From positions 40,982,001-41,046,000 of the forward strand of contig OX597834.1 of NCBI GenBank assembly GCA_951406725.2: a DNA stretch of 64,000 bases, given 5' to 3'. Below, one piece after another: positions 1 through 12,210 of the stretch. This stretch comes from Octopus vulgaris (Eukaryota). Made by a program: the position numbers and the translations under genes. Below the pieces are notes generated by a model. It saw only the letters and a program-made list of their open reading frames with translations. It was not told the DNA's origin and did no database searches. Within the stretch, counting starts at the first letter, position 1; each line of letters opens with the position of its first letter.

Positions 1-213
1 AGAGGGGCTTTCTCCGTCTGAGTTGCGGATCCGTGGAATAAGCTGCCAGACGAGATGGTGAAGATGCCGACGACCACTCGGTTCAAAGTCTCCCTTGACC
101 ACAAGTGGCCTGAATTCTTTACATGAACACCACCCTATACATAACTCCATGTCCCCCTATATGGCCTTACTTTTTGCTTTTTGAGCCAAAAAATTAACAA
201 ACTAACTAACTAA
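1..213 (+). mobile_element. 3' end of a CR1-like LINE (ORF2 C-terminus, 3' UTR, (TAAC)n tail)
   Basis: Frame 1 reads RGAFSV*VADPWNKLPDEMVKMPTTTRFKVSLDHKW, matching the CR1-type FSxRVxxxWNxLPxxVV...FKxxLD C-terminus. Ends in a TAAC repeat tail. Confidence 0.7.
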
Positions 214-359
214 TCAAAGGCATTGTAGCAATGATCATCCGGATTCTACTCAATATCCTGAACTACATAGTTTAATGTATCCTTTATAATTTTTTAAAGG
301 CAAAATGGTGTGATGACAATTACTGTTTTTATTATTATTGTTATTATTAATAACATTAA

Positions 360-730
360 TGTGGTGAGTTGGCAGAATTATTAGCAAGCCAGACAAAATG
401 CTTAATGGCATTTCATCTGCCTTTGTGTTCTGTGTTCAAATTCCGCCAAAGTTGACTTTGCTTTCATCCTTTTTTCCATTCTTTTGGGGCCGATAAAATA
501 AGTTGAGGGGTTGATGTAATTGACTAACTCCTTCCCACGAAATTCCAGGCCTTGTGTCTATAGTAGGATAAATTATTATTATTATGCTGCCAAGGTCAAC
601 TTTGCCTTTCATCCTTCCAAGATCAGTAAAATAAGTACCAACTGCGTACTGGTGTCGATGTAATCAAGTAAGCCTCTCTCCTATAATTGCTGACCTTGTG
701 TCACAATTTGAAATCATTATAAATAATAAT
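360..730 (+). mobile_element. Diverged SINE-A copy plus a second partial copy
   Basis: A-box/B-box-like head (TGGCAGAATT...GTTCAAATTCC), GCCTTTCATCC...GATAAAATAAG body and (TTA)n tail, as in other SINE-A copies in the window. Confidence 0.65.
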
Positions 731-1009
731 AACATTCGTATACTGATATAAGAGGCACGGCAGATGGAAGTAAGAAGGCCATTGACCATTATATCATTAT
801 ATCTTAATATTTCTGTCAGAGAATCAAAGAACAAAGTTGCTGTTGATACAGTTTGTTCAGGCTTATAACTTAACACATGCACAGACGTACAAGTGCATAC
901 TTATGCATGGGTGTATTATACGTGCAGTGTGTATTGCATCACTTCCGAACGACATCCCACACTAACAATCTCAAGAGCCCTCGAGGCAAGCACCTACCTC
1001 ACGTGCACC

Positions 1010-1890
1010 ACCTCTAATTGTTATTACAGCTATCAACACCAACATCATCAATATCACTGTTACAACCGCTGCCGCCACCACCACCACCACAAAAACACCA
1101 TCCTCATTATTCCTGTAAACATCAGCATCACAACCACCAACAGCATCATCATCATCATCATCATCATCAACACTAGCACCAGTGAACCAACAATGGAGCC
1201 AGTCACTCATCTTGCTAGCAATAGCAGCCAAATCTGCCTCAAACCACATCCCACCACCTTAAGAAAAAAAAATGGACACAATGGATAATATAATCCAAGA
1301 TACACTAGGTCTCAAAAGAAGGATAAATCTACTCACTCAGCATCAGCTTGGAGCTAAACACCACCACCACCGCTATAACCAGCACTATTACTACTATTAA
1401 TCACAACTACCAACACCGTCACCACCAACATCACCGTTATAACAACTATCACCTCTATCACTATTAACACCTATCACTGCTATCAATCACTACTACCACA
1501 ATTACCACTATGACTACCATAACTGTATCACCACCACCACCATTATTGCAACTACCACCACCATAACCACCACCACCACCACCAACACTGGTATTAAATA
1601 TTTCCACCAAAACCTCACTAAAAGTTTGAAGATGCTTTTAGATACAGTTTCCTGTTTTGAAGCTTGAAACATCAATTAGTGTACGGTAGATAATGGTGTG
1701 TAGTGTAGGAGGTGGTGGTGGTGGTTTATAGTTGTTTGGTGGTGGTTGGGGATGGGTGGATGGCAGTGTGTAGTGGTAGCAGTGTGTAATGGGGGATGGT
1801 AAAGTGTGGTGTTGGTGGTAGTTGTTGTGTAGTGATGGTGGTGATGTTTAGGATAACAGTGATGGCAGTAGCAATGATGGTGATGGTGTT
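1010..1890. repeat. Low-complexity (CAC/CAT/CAA)n tract followed by a complementary (GTG/GAT/TAG)n tract
   Basis: Direct reading of trinucleotide-type simple sequence. Confidence 0.8.
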
Positions 1891-1955
1891 TGAAAGGAAT
1901 AGTAACGGCCCATATGAAGTGTTTATTTACATTTCAGTAAAAAAAAGGAAGTTAG

Positions 1956-1960
<5 letters not shown>

Positions 1961-2010
<50 letters not shown>

Positions 2011-2018
2011 GGGAGAGA
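1961..2018. repeat. (GA)n microsatellite
   Basis: Direct reading. Confidence 0.95.
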
Positions 2019-3289
2019 GTATAAACATTGACCTTTCACCCAAATATGCAGCAAGAGGCTGATGTGGAAGAGAAGCACAGCATTTGCAATCAGGAGTAGT
2101 TTAGTGGTCTTTACACGTTTCTGATGCCCGGCCAAGATCAAATCCTGCCTGAAGTGACCAGAAATGAAATTAATTAATTAATTAGCAGCATCTGACGACT
2201 GGACTACAGAATTGAGAGTTAATATCTCAGAGCAGATAATCCGTGAAGTCCAAGGCATCAAATATATAAAGCCTTAGTCCACTTCTTTTGCTTTACCATG
2301 TACGAGGCACTTGAGGCCCTTTTATTTATTTTAGGTCTTAAATAGAGGATGAAGGGACAATACCCATGGCCTTTTTGTAGGTCTTCTGGGATTGATGAGG
2401 GTAGGGTAAAGAGAAGAGGAAGAGAGAAAATGCAACTCTTAGTAGGAAACAGTGGATCAAGACAGCAAGTAGAGTCTTCAGTTGAATGATGGCAACATAG
2501 TGCATTCCACTAAAGGCACCCAAAGACCAGGAAACGGGATCAAACCTAGCAGTGGATCAAGTCTACCACTCAACAGATGGAAACTGAAAGAAGCCCTGTG
2601 TCTTTGTTTGTCTTCTCACAACAATTTGGGACAATTTGAGTCATAGGTTTGCTGCATCACATCAGACTTCAGGCTAAACAATAACTCATTTATGCAATCC
2701 TGCCAACCCATCCTCAAACTCCTTGAAACTCTTACAACATATTTTTTAATATATTTCTTTATTCTGCAAATATTAATCACAATAACCTCACTAATTTCAG
2801 CTGACCTAGAAAAAGACACATGCTACCACTCCTGTCTCTGACTAAATAACACTTTTTGAGTTGGGCACAAACACTGCAATGGGGGTGGGATGAGTAAGTT
2901 AATTTCACTAACCCCAGTATTTGGCTGGTACTTCAGTTTATTGACTCTAGAGGGATAAAGTTAATCCTATTGGAATTTGAACTCAGAACATACTAAGTCA
3001 GAGGAAACACCCCCAGGCATTTTGTTTGACACACTAATGATTCCACCAACTCACTGCCTTACTCTGACTTATATTAGGAACGGGCAAAACGCCCCCCCCC
3101 CCACCATCCAATGGACAGTGCTGAATCATATCTGATGAATAAAAAGCAATTAGTGTTTTCTTTTCATTAAAAAATAATTAAGCATGCCTTTATTTCAATA
3201 AAATTTTTGGTTTTGTTACATGAAGCTAAGGCAAAAAAAAATACTTCTTGAGAAACCAAATAGTCTTTCCTTCCTTCAAGCCAAGTTTG

Positions 3290-3644
3290 AAGAAAATATC
3301 TCTTTTGCATCTTACTTTTTTTGGTCTCTTAAATATACTGCATTTTGTGGCATTATTTCAAGCCAGCTGACTTTTTTTGTGCAAACTGCACATGCATTTT
3401 TCTCGCATATGCGTATCGATCGCAACAGCTGATGTACTTGCACATACAAATGCACATTCCTACGGCTTTATCGATCGCATTCTCACCTGGAATTGATTTT
3501 TGTAATTTTTTCAAGACTTATACACGCCCCAATACCGTCGGTATCTACATATCAAATTTGAGCGCAATCAGATGGAGGATGCCCAAGATCCTAGAAGACA
3601 CACACACACACACAGACAGACAGAATGGATTTTATATAATAAAT
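3290..3644 (-). mobile_element. Non-autonomous Helitron-like element (5' part)
   Basis: Minus strand starts TTTATTATATAAAA then (CTGT)n/(GT)n, the same 5' architecture as the Helitrons at 16830 and 48196. No 3' CTAG end is visible and the left boundary is uncertain. Confidence 0.45.
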
Positions 3645-3975
3645 AATCTACAAGCACGACAGCATGAGGACTTGAACACATGAGATGTTATGCCAGCAGC
3701 ATCAAAATACCACCAGAAAAGAGGTGGTTTAAACATACGCCAGGAAAATGTAGTCATAATCTGAGATACACCAATCCACATAGAAAAAGATCAAAGCTAA
3801 TTAGCCAAATATATTGTCAGCAAAAACCAGAAACAAAGGAAGTGTCCCTTAATCCAAGTATCAGTCACAACAGATGATGACACATCTCTCAAAGAAATGG
3901 AAAAACTATTTGAATGTGAAAATTTGGAAACGGGGACAATGAGAATGAGGAAAGTCAAAACAAACACTGCCGCTC
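3645..3975 (+). pseudogene. Decayed C-terminal restriction-like endonuclease region of an R4/Dong-type non-LTR retrotransposon
   Basis: Frameshifted pieces (RHD, KRWFKHTPGK, PIH..K.IKAN.P.I, LIQVSVTTDDDTSLKEMEKL..CENLE...RM) resemble the RHD...ILWD..IHTD..IKANRPDI...LIDV..P.D.....KE.EKL.KY.DL motif. Confidence 0.6.
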
Positions 3976-3977
3976 TG

Positions 3978-4272
3978 TTAGTTACGATGACAAAGGTTCC
4001 AGTAGATTTGATCAATGGAACAGCCTGCTCTCATGAAATTAATGTGCAAATGGCTGAGCACCCCATAGAAATGCATAACTTTAATACAGTTCCCAGGGAG
4101 ATACAGCATGTGCAGAATGTGACAAGGCTGGCTCTTCTGAATTACAAGTACAACCCATTTTTTCCAGCTGAGTGGACTGGAGCAGTGTGAAAGAAAGTGT
4201 CTCACTCAAGGACAGAACATACTACCAGAACGACTGTGAGCTGAATACCCTAACCACTAAGCCATGTGCCTC
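3978..4272 (-). mobile_element. tRNA-derived SINE (SINE-F)
   Basis: Minus-strand head GGCACATGGCTTAGTGGTTAGGG and body ...GCTCCAGTCCACTCAGCTGG... Related pieces occur at about 24690-24830, 39735-39840 and 51370-51645. Confidence 0.6.
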
Positions 4273-5796
4273 CACAATCCTTAAAAACAATTATAGAAGC
4301 CTGGGTAAATATTAAAAAAAAAGCTGATAAAAACATAACCAAAACTTACAAATATACACATCATACAGAAATCAACACTACAAGGCACTGCACACACATT
4401 ATGAAGGTAGTGGTGATGGAATTGCTATCACCACCACCAACCACCACCCCAATGATCATCATTCTTCACTACAATTATCACCAGTCATCCTTTTACTATA
4501 TTGTTATGAATCAAAAAGAAACTTCTTGAAGCAATATTCTATGGCCCGATGCCCTTCCTAAAGCTAAATCCCTGCATGTTTTCAAATAAGGCCCTTTATT
4601 CCATGAATCTTCACACATTGAACCACATATTGAATTGTTGCTTAGATGGGACATAAACCAAATATCACAACTGTCCAAGCTGCATTACTACAAAGACACA
4701 CATATGTAAAGGGCTTCCATTCAGTTTCTAGCCAGCAATTTCACTAGCAAGGCACTGGTCAACCCAAGGATATAATAAAAGACACTTGACCAAGGTGCAA
4801 TACTGTAGAAACAAATGTGAAATTACATGGTTGCAAGGTAAACCTGTTAACCACACAGCTGTGTCTGCACTTGTAATAAATATAAAACCAAAACAAGACA
4901 TTGTACAGACACAAGGCACTCAGAGCTGCGTTGCATAAAGCTAAGAAGGCACGCAACAAAAATAATATTAATTTAAAAACCCTTCTCAGAGGGGTTGGTA
5001 GTTGACCAAATATAACAGCAACAATATCATTGCCTAGTCCATTATACCTACAAGGTAGGCCTATGACATCAAAACCAATAATCACAGAGACCAATGAGTG
5101 AGTGAAGTGCAGACCTTTGTAATTAGTGGCTGGCACCAGTTCACTGATTGTTTGGCAATATCTGATGAAAGTAAGATCTCCAAGACACCAATAAGTCTTT
5201 CAAGAGAAGACCAGGTCATGTAAAAGAGCAGAGACATTCTCAATAACCTGATGAAGTACAGCTTGATATGGTGGAACAGATGGAAAGATGCACCTTCTTT
5301 CTCTCTCTTTTGCACATTCTTATATGAGTACATGCACATCTAGGATGTGTGTGTATGTGTGTGTATGCATGTAGTTTGTTTGTTTGTGTGTATATATGTA
5401 TACAGGATGTTTTTGTGTATATTAGGAGGGTGTATATATATATATGTGTGTGTGTATTTTCTTTTCATATAATTTCACTAAATTATTTATTTTCCTTCTC
5501 AACAAACAGATGCCACTTATCAACATTTTGAAAGTGTTGCTTACGTGTTGTATATAGTGTTGTAACATGCACCATCTTATAGATCTATATAACACACAAC
5601 AGCCATATATATATATTTTTGGTAGTTATGACTTTAAAAGTCCCTCCTAGCGTGTGGCATTTATGTGTAATAATGCCCTCTATATAATATAAATAAATAT
5701 TTTCAAGTGAAAAAATTTACAGATGTTTTTTCTCTTATGAGGTTTTTCACGCTAACTACCTGATAATTTTTTATTAAGATTTTATCCTATTTTTAA

Positions 5797-5841
<45 letters not shown>

Positions 5842-5950
5842 CACATACATACATATATACATAGAGTAATCCCTCGCCATATCGCGGTTTATTATTTAAG
5901 CTTACGTCGATTCCTCTGTGGTGTTGTTTTGCATTTATAATAAAATAAAT

Positions 5951-6134
5951 TACGGAGATGTACTTGCATAGCAAGTGATTTGATCTGAGATCGTGTGAGC
6001 ATGGATTTTTGTCAGTGAACAGGTCGCGGTCTTATAGCGACGAAAATATTTTGACAAATTAAACTTAAATGTTGAAGTGAATCAAACAGCTTTTGTGTGT
6101 TTCTTAAATGGCTTATAAACACCTTCCACGCTGC
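5951..6134 (+). mobile_element. 184-bp TSD-flanked insert (probable PLE-type non-autonomous retroelement) carrying an HHR fold
   Basis: A 12-bp direct repeat AATAAAATAAAT at 5939-5950 and 6135-6146 brackets the insert inside the MITE. Confidence 0.6.
6008..6058 (+). ncRNA. Minimal type I hammerhead ribozyme with variant core GUGAACA (G3-C8)
   Basis: Stem I TTTGTCA(6008-6014)/TGACAAA(6052-6058); core GTGAACA 6015-6021; stem II GTCGC/GCGAC; GAAA 6042-6045; palindromic stem III AATATT; predicted cleavage after U6051. Confidence 0.65.
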
Positions 6135-7783
6135 AATAAAATAAATGTATACAAATTATAAAAATAATCAAAAAATATATTCAGTGCAGTACTGTTTCTA
6201 CTTCACAGATTTTCACCTATCGCGGGGGTGGTTGAAATGTAACATCTGGGATAGTCAAGGGATTACCGTATATAACATACAAAAGTCTTGTATATTATAA
6301 TACACCAAATCATATTTATATACATATAATACACCACAATCTTATAGTTGTGCAGGTATGGTCATGTAATTAAGGTGCTCAAGGGGAGTACATCAGAATT
6401 GAACCTGAAACTGCGCAATTGCAAAAGGAGTGCCTTAATTACATGACCATGTGTCCTACAGTGACAAAACTTCAAGTTATGTGGGATTGAGTCAAACTAT
6501 TATTAAATTCCTATAACTCCAAAAATATGTTGAGTGCTACATTCTTTCATATGAAAACTCATTCATATACACCTAGATCATCATTGCTTTTAAATATTCA
6601 CATTTCTATGCTTAGAAATTCGTTGAGGCAGATTTTCTACAGATGGATGCCCTTTCCATTGCCATCCTTCACTTGTTTCTAAGTAAGGTAATATTTCCCC
6701 TTGGCCAAATATGTTTTCACAGAAGACTCACGCTTACAACTAACAGGCAATGCCAAAACAAAGAAACACAAATAGAGAGAGAGAGAGGCTAAGGTAGAGC
6801 AAGTTTGAGGTTCAGTCCCACTGTGTGGCACATTAAGCAAGTGTCTTGTATTATAGCTGCAGGTTGATCAATACCTTGTGAGTCAATTTGTCAGATAGAA
6901 ACTGTGTGAAACCCTATTGTACACACACACACACACACACACACACGTATGTTTATTCAAGCATTTGATAAAATTCCTAGATGCTACATCTTTGTATTGA
7001 ATTCTCTATTGTTGAAAATTATTTTATGCTATTTATACACAAACATAGACATATATAGTCTTACAGATGTGACTTTATGTATGCATGTGAGTGTGTGTGT
7101 GCGCACGCACGTGAATACACCAAAGTCTTACAGCTGTATACATACAACACAGCAGTGTGTCTTACTGGTGTATATGTTATCTGAATTCCCTCCATTAGTT
7201 TTGAACCATCACCCTCACATGGAATGTGTAGAGCCATCTCTGGCATTAACAGATGTTCAGGATATTCTTCAAAACTGTAAGTTTCCAAGTGCCACTTCCT
7301 CTCAGAAATTACCCAACAGAATGAAATTTTCCTCAACATACATTCTCAGAATGACACATCCAAGAGAAAATTTTTACTTCAAACAGACAACAAAATGCTT
7401 GTTTCAATTGTTCAGGTTTGCCATGTTTCAGCAGACCTACAATGAAAGACATTCCAGCCATGACCATCCCAGCTTGTATTCAGATAGATTATATCTAAAA
7501 CTACATTATCTAACGTGTCATTTCTTTTTCTAAATGCTAAGAGTGTAATTTGAATGAGACTTGGCATTTTCAGCTATGCAGAGGCATCTACTTTGGCTAC
7601 AGTCGTCTTTGGTATCACGAGATGATATACTGATGTACCTATCATTGGAGGTATAGTGTGATGATGTCAGAGTTGGGATTTTTAGGACATAAAGAGAAGG
7701 GGTGAGCCAGATCCTATAAACTTTTCACTACTACTCCCAGCAAGGTTTAGCCACTCAGGGAGTTCATAATCATCGTCTTCACA

Positions 7784-8062
7784 CCCTTGTGAATGGATTT
7801 GGTACACAGAAACTGAAAGAAGCCCATCGTGTGTGTGTGTGTGTATATATATATATTTGTGTGTCTGTGTTTGTCCTCCTAACATCTCTTGATAACCGAT
7901 GCTGGTGTGTTTATGTCCCCATAACTTAGCAGTTCGGCAAAAGAGACCGATAGAATAAATACTAGGCTTACAACGAATAACTCCTGAGATCGATTTGCTC
8001 GACTTAAGGTGGTGCTCCAGCATGGTCGCAGTCAAATGACTGAAACAAATAAAAGAATAAAG
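7784..8062 (+). mobile_element. SINE-B, 5'-truncated
   Basis: Matches the body, central microsatellite and 3' half of the full copy at 26316-26742. Confidence 0.8.
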
Positions 8063-8674
8063 GAACATATATATATATATATATGTATTTATATATATAT
8101 ATATACACACACATGTTTTCATCTACTGAGTAGCAACCAACAAATGTTCAAATTTAACATCATCGTTATCATTCTTACCAATCTTCAACTAACCACAAAC
8201 ATCATGGGCACTGTTCCACCTATTCAAACTTATGAAAAAAAAAAAAGAAATTAACAGATACTATTGCCAGGAATGCAGCACAAGTGAATCTTCAGCAGCC
8301 TGACAGTGAGTATAATAAAAAAACAACAAATAATAATAACATGTACAATCATGAAAGAGACAGAGTAAAAATAATCTAAATTTTTTCCATTGAAAGTCTT
8401 ATTTTTCATTTGGGTGTTGTCATGAGAAAATTACTCACAATATTTTTGTAGGACAGATTAAACATGTTAACAAAGCTTTGTTGGTCAAATGGAATTAACA
8501 AAGTTTAGTTAGCCAACTGGAATTAAAGCTCTGTTAGACAAATGACATTAATAAAGCAAATGTCATTAAAAAAAGCTTGCTTAGTCAAATGACTTTAACA
8601 AGGGATAGCCAGCCAAATAGCTTCTATAAAGCCCAGCTATGTGAAATGGCATAAAGAAAGCTTAACCAAATAAT

Positions 8675-9073
8675 CTTTTCTACTCTAGGGACAAGGCCCG
8701 AAATTTTGTGGGAGGGAACCAGTCGATTAGATCGACCCAGTACACAATTGGTACTTAATTTATCAACCCTGAAAGGATGAAAGGCAAAGTTGACCTTGGC
8801 AGAATTTGAACTCAGAACATAAAGACAGATGAAATACCTATTTCTTTACTACCCACAAAGGGCTAAACACAGAGAGGATAAACAAGGACAGACAAACGAA
8901 TTAAGTCGATTATATTGACCCCAGTGCATAACTGGTACTTACTTAATCGACCCCGAAAGGATGAGAGGCAAAGTCGACCTCGGCGGAATTTGAACTCGGA
9001 ACATAGCAGCAGACGAAATACTGCTAAGCATTTTGTCCTGCGTGCTAATGCTTCTGTTAGCTCACCACCTTAA
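8675..9073 (-). mobile_element. SINE-A, partially dimeric copy with 14-bp TSD
   Basis: The B-box/body module occurs twice. CTTAACCAAATAAT is duplicated at 8661-8674 and 9074-9087. Confidence 0.85.
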
Positions 9074-9489
9074 CTTAACCAAATAATATCAACAAGGGAA
9101 AATTAGCCAAATAGCATTAACAAGAGAGAGCTAGCCAAACGATATTAACAAGGACTAAGTAATTAACGAGATAAATTACATTAACAAGGACTACCCAACA
9201 AGATGTAGGTCTCAATCATTTGACCTGCTAGAAGTAGCAACCAAGTCTCTTTCAACTCACACCTAATGTCTTAAAAAGTGGAGGACACATTAGATAATGT
9301 AGGCCTATATGGCTCTAAAAATGGTTGGATGGATGGACAGGGCTGGAATGCCTTTGATTGCAGTTCTACTTAGGGTTAACCTTAAAAATCAACATCATGT
9401 CAGAGGTCAACTACCATATTAACGAGGACTAACAAGGGTTGACTAGCTATATGACATTAACAAGAGTGAATGAAAGGAAAGGCTAAGAA

Positions 9490-9630
9490 GGACAGGTATT
9501 ACACTCTCCTACCCTGATGTAGTCTCCAGGGATACAGGCATCAAGCAACAGGACCTCCGTAATGCTATGATGGACCGTGAAGTCTGGCGTAACATAGTAA
9601 ATGCTATTGTCTCGACCACAGACGAACAAT
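9490..9630 (+). mobile_element. 3' end of an RTE-clade LINE
   Basis: Reads TLSYPDVVSRDTGIKQQDLRNAMMDREVWRNIVNAIV (RTE-type ...MxDRxxWR C-terminus). A (TGA)n tail resumes after the SINE at about 10038. Confidence 0.6.
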
Positions 9631-10037
9631 ACTTTTACTTGTTTCAGTCATTTGACTGCGGCCATGCTGGAGCACCGCTTTTAGTCAAGCAAATCGACCC
9701 CGGGACTTATTCTTTGTAAGCCCAGTACTTATTCTATCGGTCTCTTTTGGCGAACCGCTAAGTGATGGCGACGTAAACACACCAGCATCGTTTGTCAAGC
9801 AATGCTAGGGAGACAAACACAGACACACAAACATATATACACATACACACATACATATATATATATATATACACATACACGACAGGCTTCTTTCAGTTTC
9901 CGTCTACCAAATCCACTCACAAGGCATTGGTCGGCCCAGGCTATAGTAGAAGACACTTGCCCAAGGTGCCACGCAGTGGGACTGAACCCAGAACCATGTG
10001 GTTGGTAAGCAAGCTACTTACCACACAGGCACTCCTG
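9631..10037 (-). mobile_element. SINE-B, near full length
   Basis: tRNA-like head with B-box GGTTCAGTCC, CORE-like CCTTGGGCAAGT, central TA/TG microsatellite, AAGTAAAAG tail. Confidence 0.9.
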
Positions 10038-10972
10038 TGATGATGAAAAGACAGAGATGCAGACTAAAAGACAGAGATGTAGATGAATAAATAACCCAGT
10101 AACATTAACGAGTCTAGCTCACCAAAAAAAAAAAAAAAAAAGGCTTGCTAAGCAAATTACAATTCACAAGGGCTTGATAGTCAAATGACATTACAAAGCA
10201 CTAAGCTGGTCACAAGTAAAAGGCAGTGAACCTCTTAAAAACCTTTAATCTGTTTACAAAAATGCCCAACCACAGATTACAAATGCAACAGAGCTTCTCC
10301 CCCCCCCTACTCCCACTACCACCAAACTATCAAACGCTACCACAGTTTTCTTTGTTCTGCCAAGAATCAATTCATTCTCGTTAATGTTAATGTCATCATA
10401 TCAATTATAGCAGTCAACAACTAGCGAGAATATTACACAGATATACACACATATATATATATGCATACGTGGGGATGGGGGAAGAAAGAGAAAGGGAGAG
10501 TGTAGTTGTTTCATCAACACTCATTGCGCTACACAGTAGGTTTTCTGAAAGATATTTACAGCAATCATACACGTACATACATACACACTCATAGAGAGCA
10601 TATGCATGCATGCACATGAATGCACACACACATACAAGTATGTATATGTGTGTAGAATAAGGGGAACTAATAAATAGTTACGGGTAAACAAAAATTGTGT
10701 AAGGATCAACTGGAAAACGTGGGGCCTTGCACTATTCCATACCATCCACTAACATCCTGGCTTCTTCAGTAAATGATATTTGTAGCAGTAATATATTCGG
10801 GTAGAAGGCTGCATTTTAAGAGGTTTTAAGTTAATCAGCTTTACAGAGGTCCTACTATTCAATTTCCTGTACTTCAGATATATATATATATATAAGAATT
10901 AAAATATAAACTCAAATTAGGCAACCAGCTTTTTGTACATGCTCATACAGTTATAAATTCAACTTAAAATGC

Positions 10973-11024
<52 letters not shown>

Positions 11025-11028
<4 letters not shown>

Positions 11029-11250
11029 CTTTACTACCCACAAGGGGCTAAACACAGAGGGGACAAACAAGGACAGACAAAGGGATTAAGTCGATATCGA
11101 CCCCAGTGCGTAACTGGTACTTAATTTATCGACCCGAAAGGATGAAAGGCAAAGTCGACCTCGGCGGAATTTGAATCGGAACGTATATAACGACAGACGA
11201 AATACGACTACGAATTTCGCCCGGCGTGCTAACGTTTCTACCAGCTCGCC
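11025..11250 (-). mobile_element. SINE-A, full length
   Basis: Head GGCGAGCTGGTAGAAACGTTAGC, body GCCTTTCATCCTTTCGGGTCGATAAATTAAGTACCAG, tail GTGGGTAGTAAAGAAATA next to (TA)n. Confidence 0.9.
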
Positions 11251-11252
11251 AT

Positions 11253-11660
11253 CTTTACTCTTTTAGTTGTTTCAGTCATTTGACTGTGACCATGCTGGAG
11301 CACCGCCTTTAGTCGAGCAAATCAACCCTGGGACTTATTCTTTGTAAGCCCAGTACTTATTCTATCAGTCTCTTTTGCCGAACCGCTAGGTGATGGGGAC
11401 GTAACCACACCAGCATCGGTTGTCAAGCAATGCTAGGGGGACAAACACAGACACACAAACATATACACACACTTACATATATATATATACATATATACGA
11501 CAGGCTTCTTTCAGTTTCCGTCTACCAAATCCACTCACAAGGCATTGGTCAGCCCGGGGCTATAGCAGAAAACACTTGCCCAAGATGCCACGCAGTGGGA
11601 CTGAACCCGGAACCATGTGGTTGGTAATCAAGCTACTTACCACACAGCCACTCCTGCGCC
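11253..11660 (-). mobile_element. SINE-B, full length
   Basis: Collinear with the reverse complement of 26316-26742; directly abuts SINE-A. Confidence 0.9.
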
Positions 11661-12210
11661 TATATATATATATTAATACAAATCGACATATATGAATATT
11701 TTTTTTAATATAAATATATATAAAAATACATGTAAATAGAATCCATGTGGAATATATATAGAAAAAAGTGTGAGAAAAAGAGGACTGATAAAAATATTTT
11801 TGTACTAAAATTAAGAGCAGTTAAGAGTTCCAATTAAAAGATCCATAAAATACAATGTTCTTTTCTGTTTTGTTTTTTTTTCCCAGTATATAACTGGTAT
11901 ATAATATAATTCAAGGAAGTCCACTTTCTACAGCTGTTTCCAAAGTTCATGTCCTGGTAGAAAAATTAATAAAAATCTTACAAACCATGCGAACAACAGG
12001 AAAGGTATCCTCATAAAATCACATTCTTGACAAGTTTTAGTTTATAATTTATAACTGTATGAGTATGTGAAAACAAGTTGATTGCCTAATTTGTGTTTAT
12101 ATTTTAATTCTTATCTTGTGTCTCAGGTTCGACCCAAGCACTTCTTAAGCAGTTCTATATATTTCATAAGAAATAATAATAATAATATATATACATACAT
12201 ATACATATAT

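Larger units (their letters stand above)
5864..6268. mobile_element. Tigger/pogo-like MITE containing a nested insert
   Basis: Imperfect TIRs GAGTAATCCCTCG...CAAGGGATTACCG, flanked by TA on both sides (5862-5863, 6269-6270). Confidence 0.7.
8460..10210. repeat. Degenerate ~28-bp minisatellite (TTAACAAAG...AGYCAAATGRCA) broken up by insertions
   Basis: Units visible at about 8467-8674, 9074-9195, 9410-9465 and 10095-10210. Confidence 0.6.

Noticed and set aside
2191-2215. CTGACGA followed by a short stem; other isolated CTGATGA at about 3132, 5162, 5248, 18243, 24513 (minus), 36632, 42472 and 62262
   Set aside because: None has a stem II closed by GAAA together with a stem I. They are chance heptamers or coding remnants.
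8460-8674. CRISPR-like array
   Set aside because: Units are adjacent and degenerate with no unique spacers, in a eukaryotic context; it is a minisatellite.
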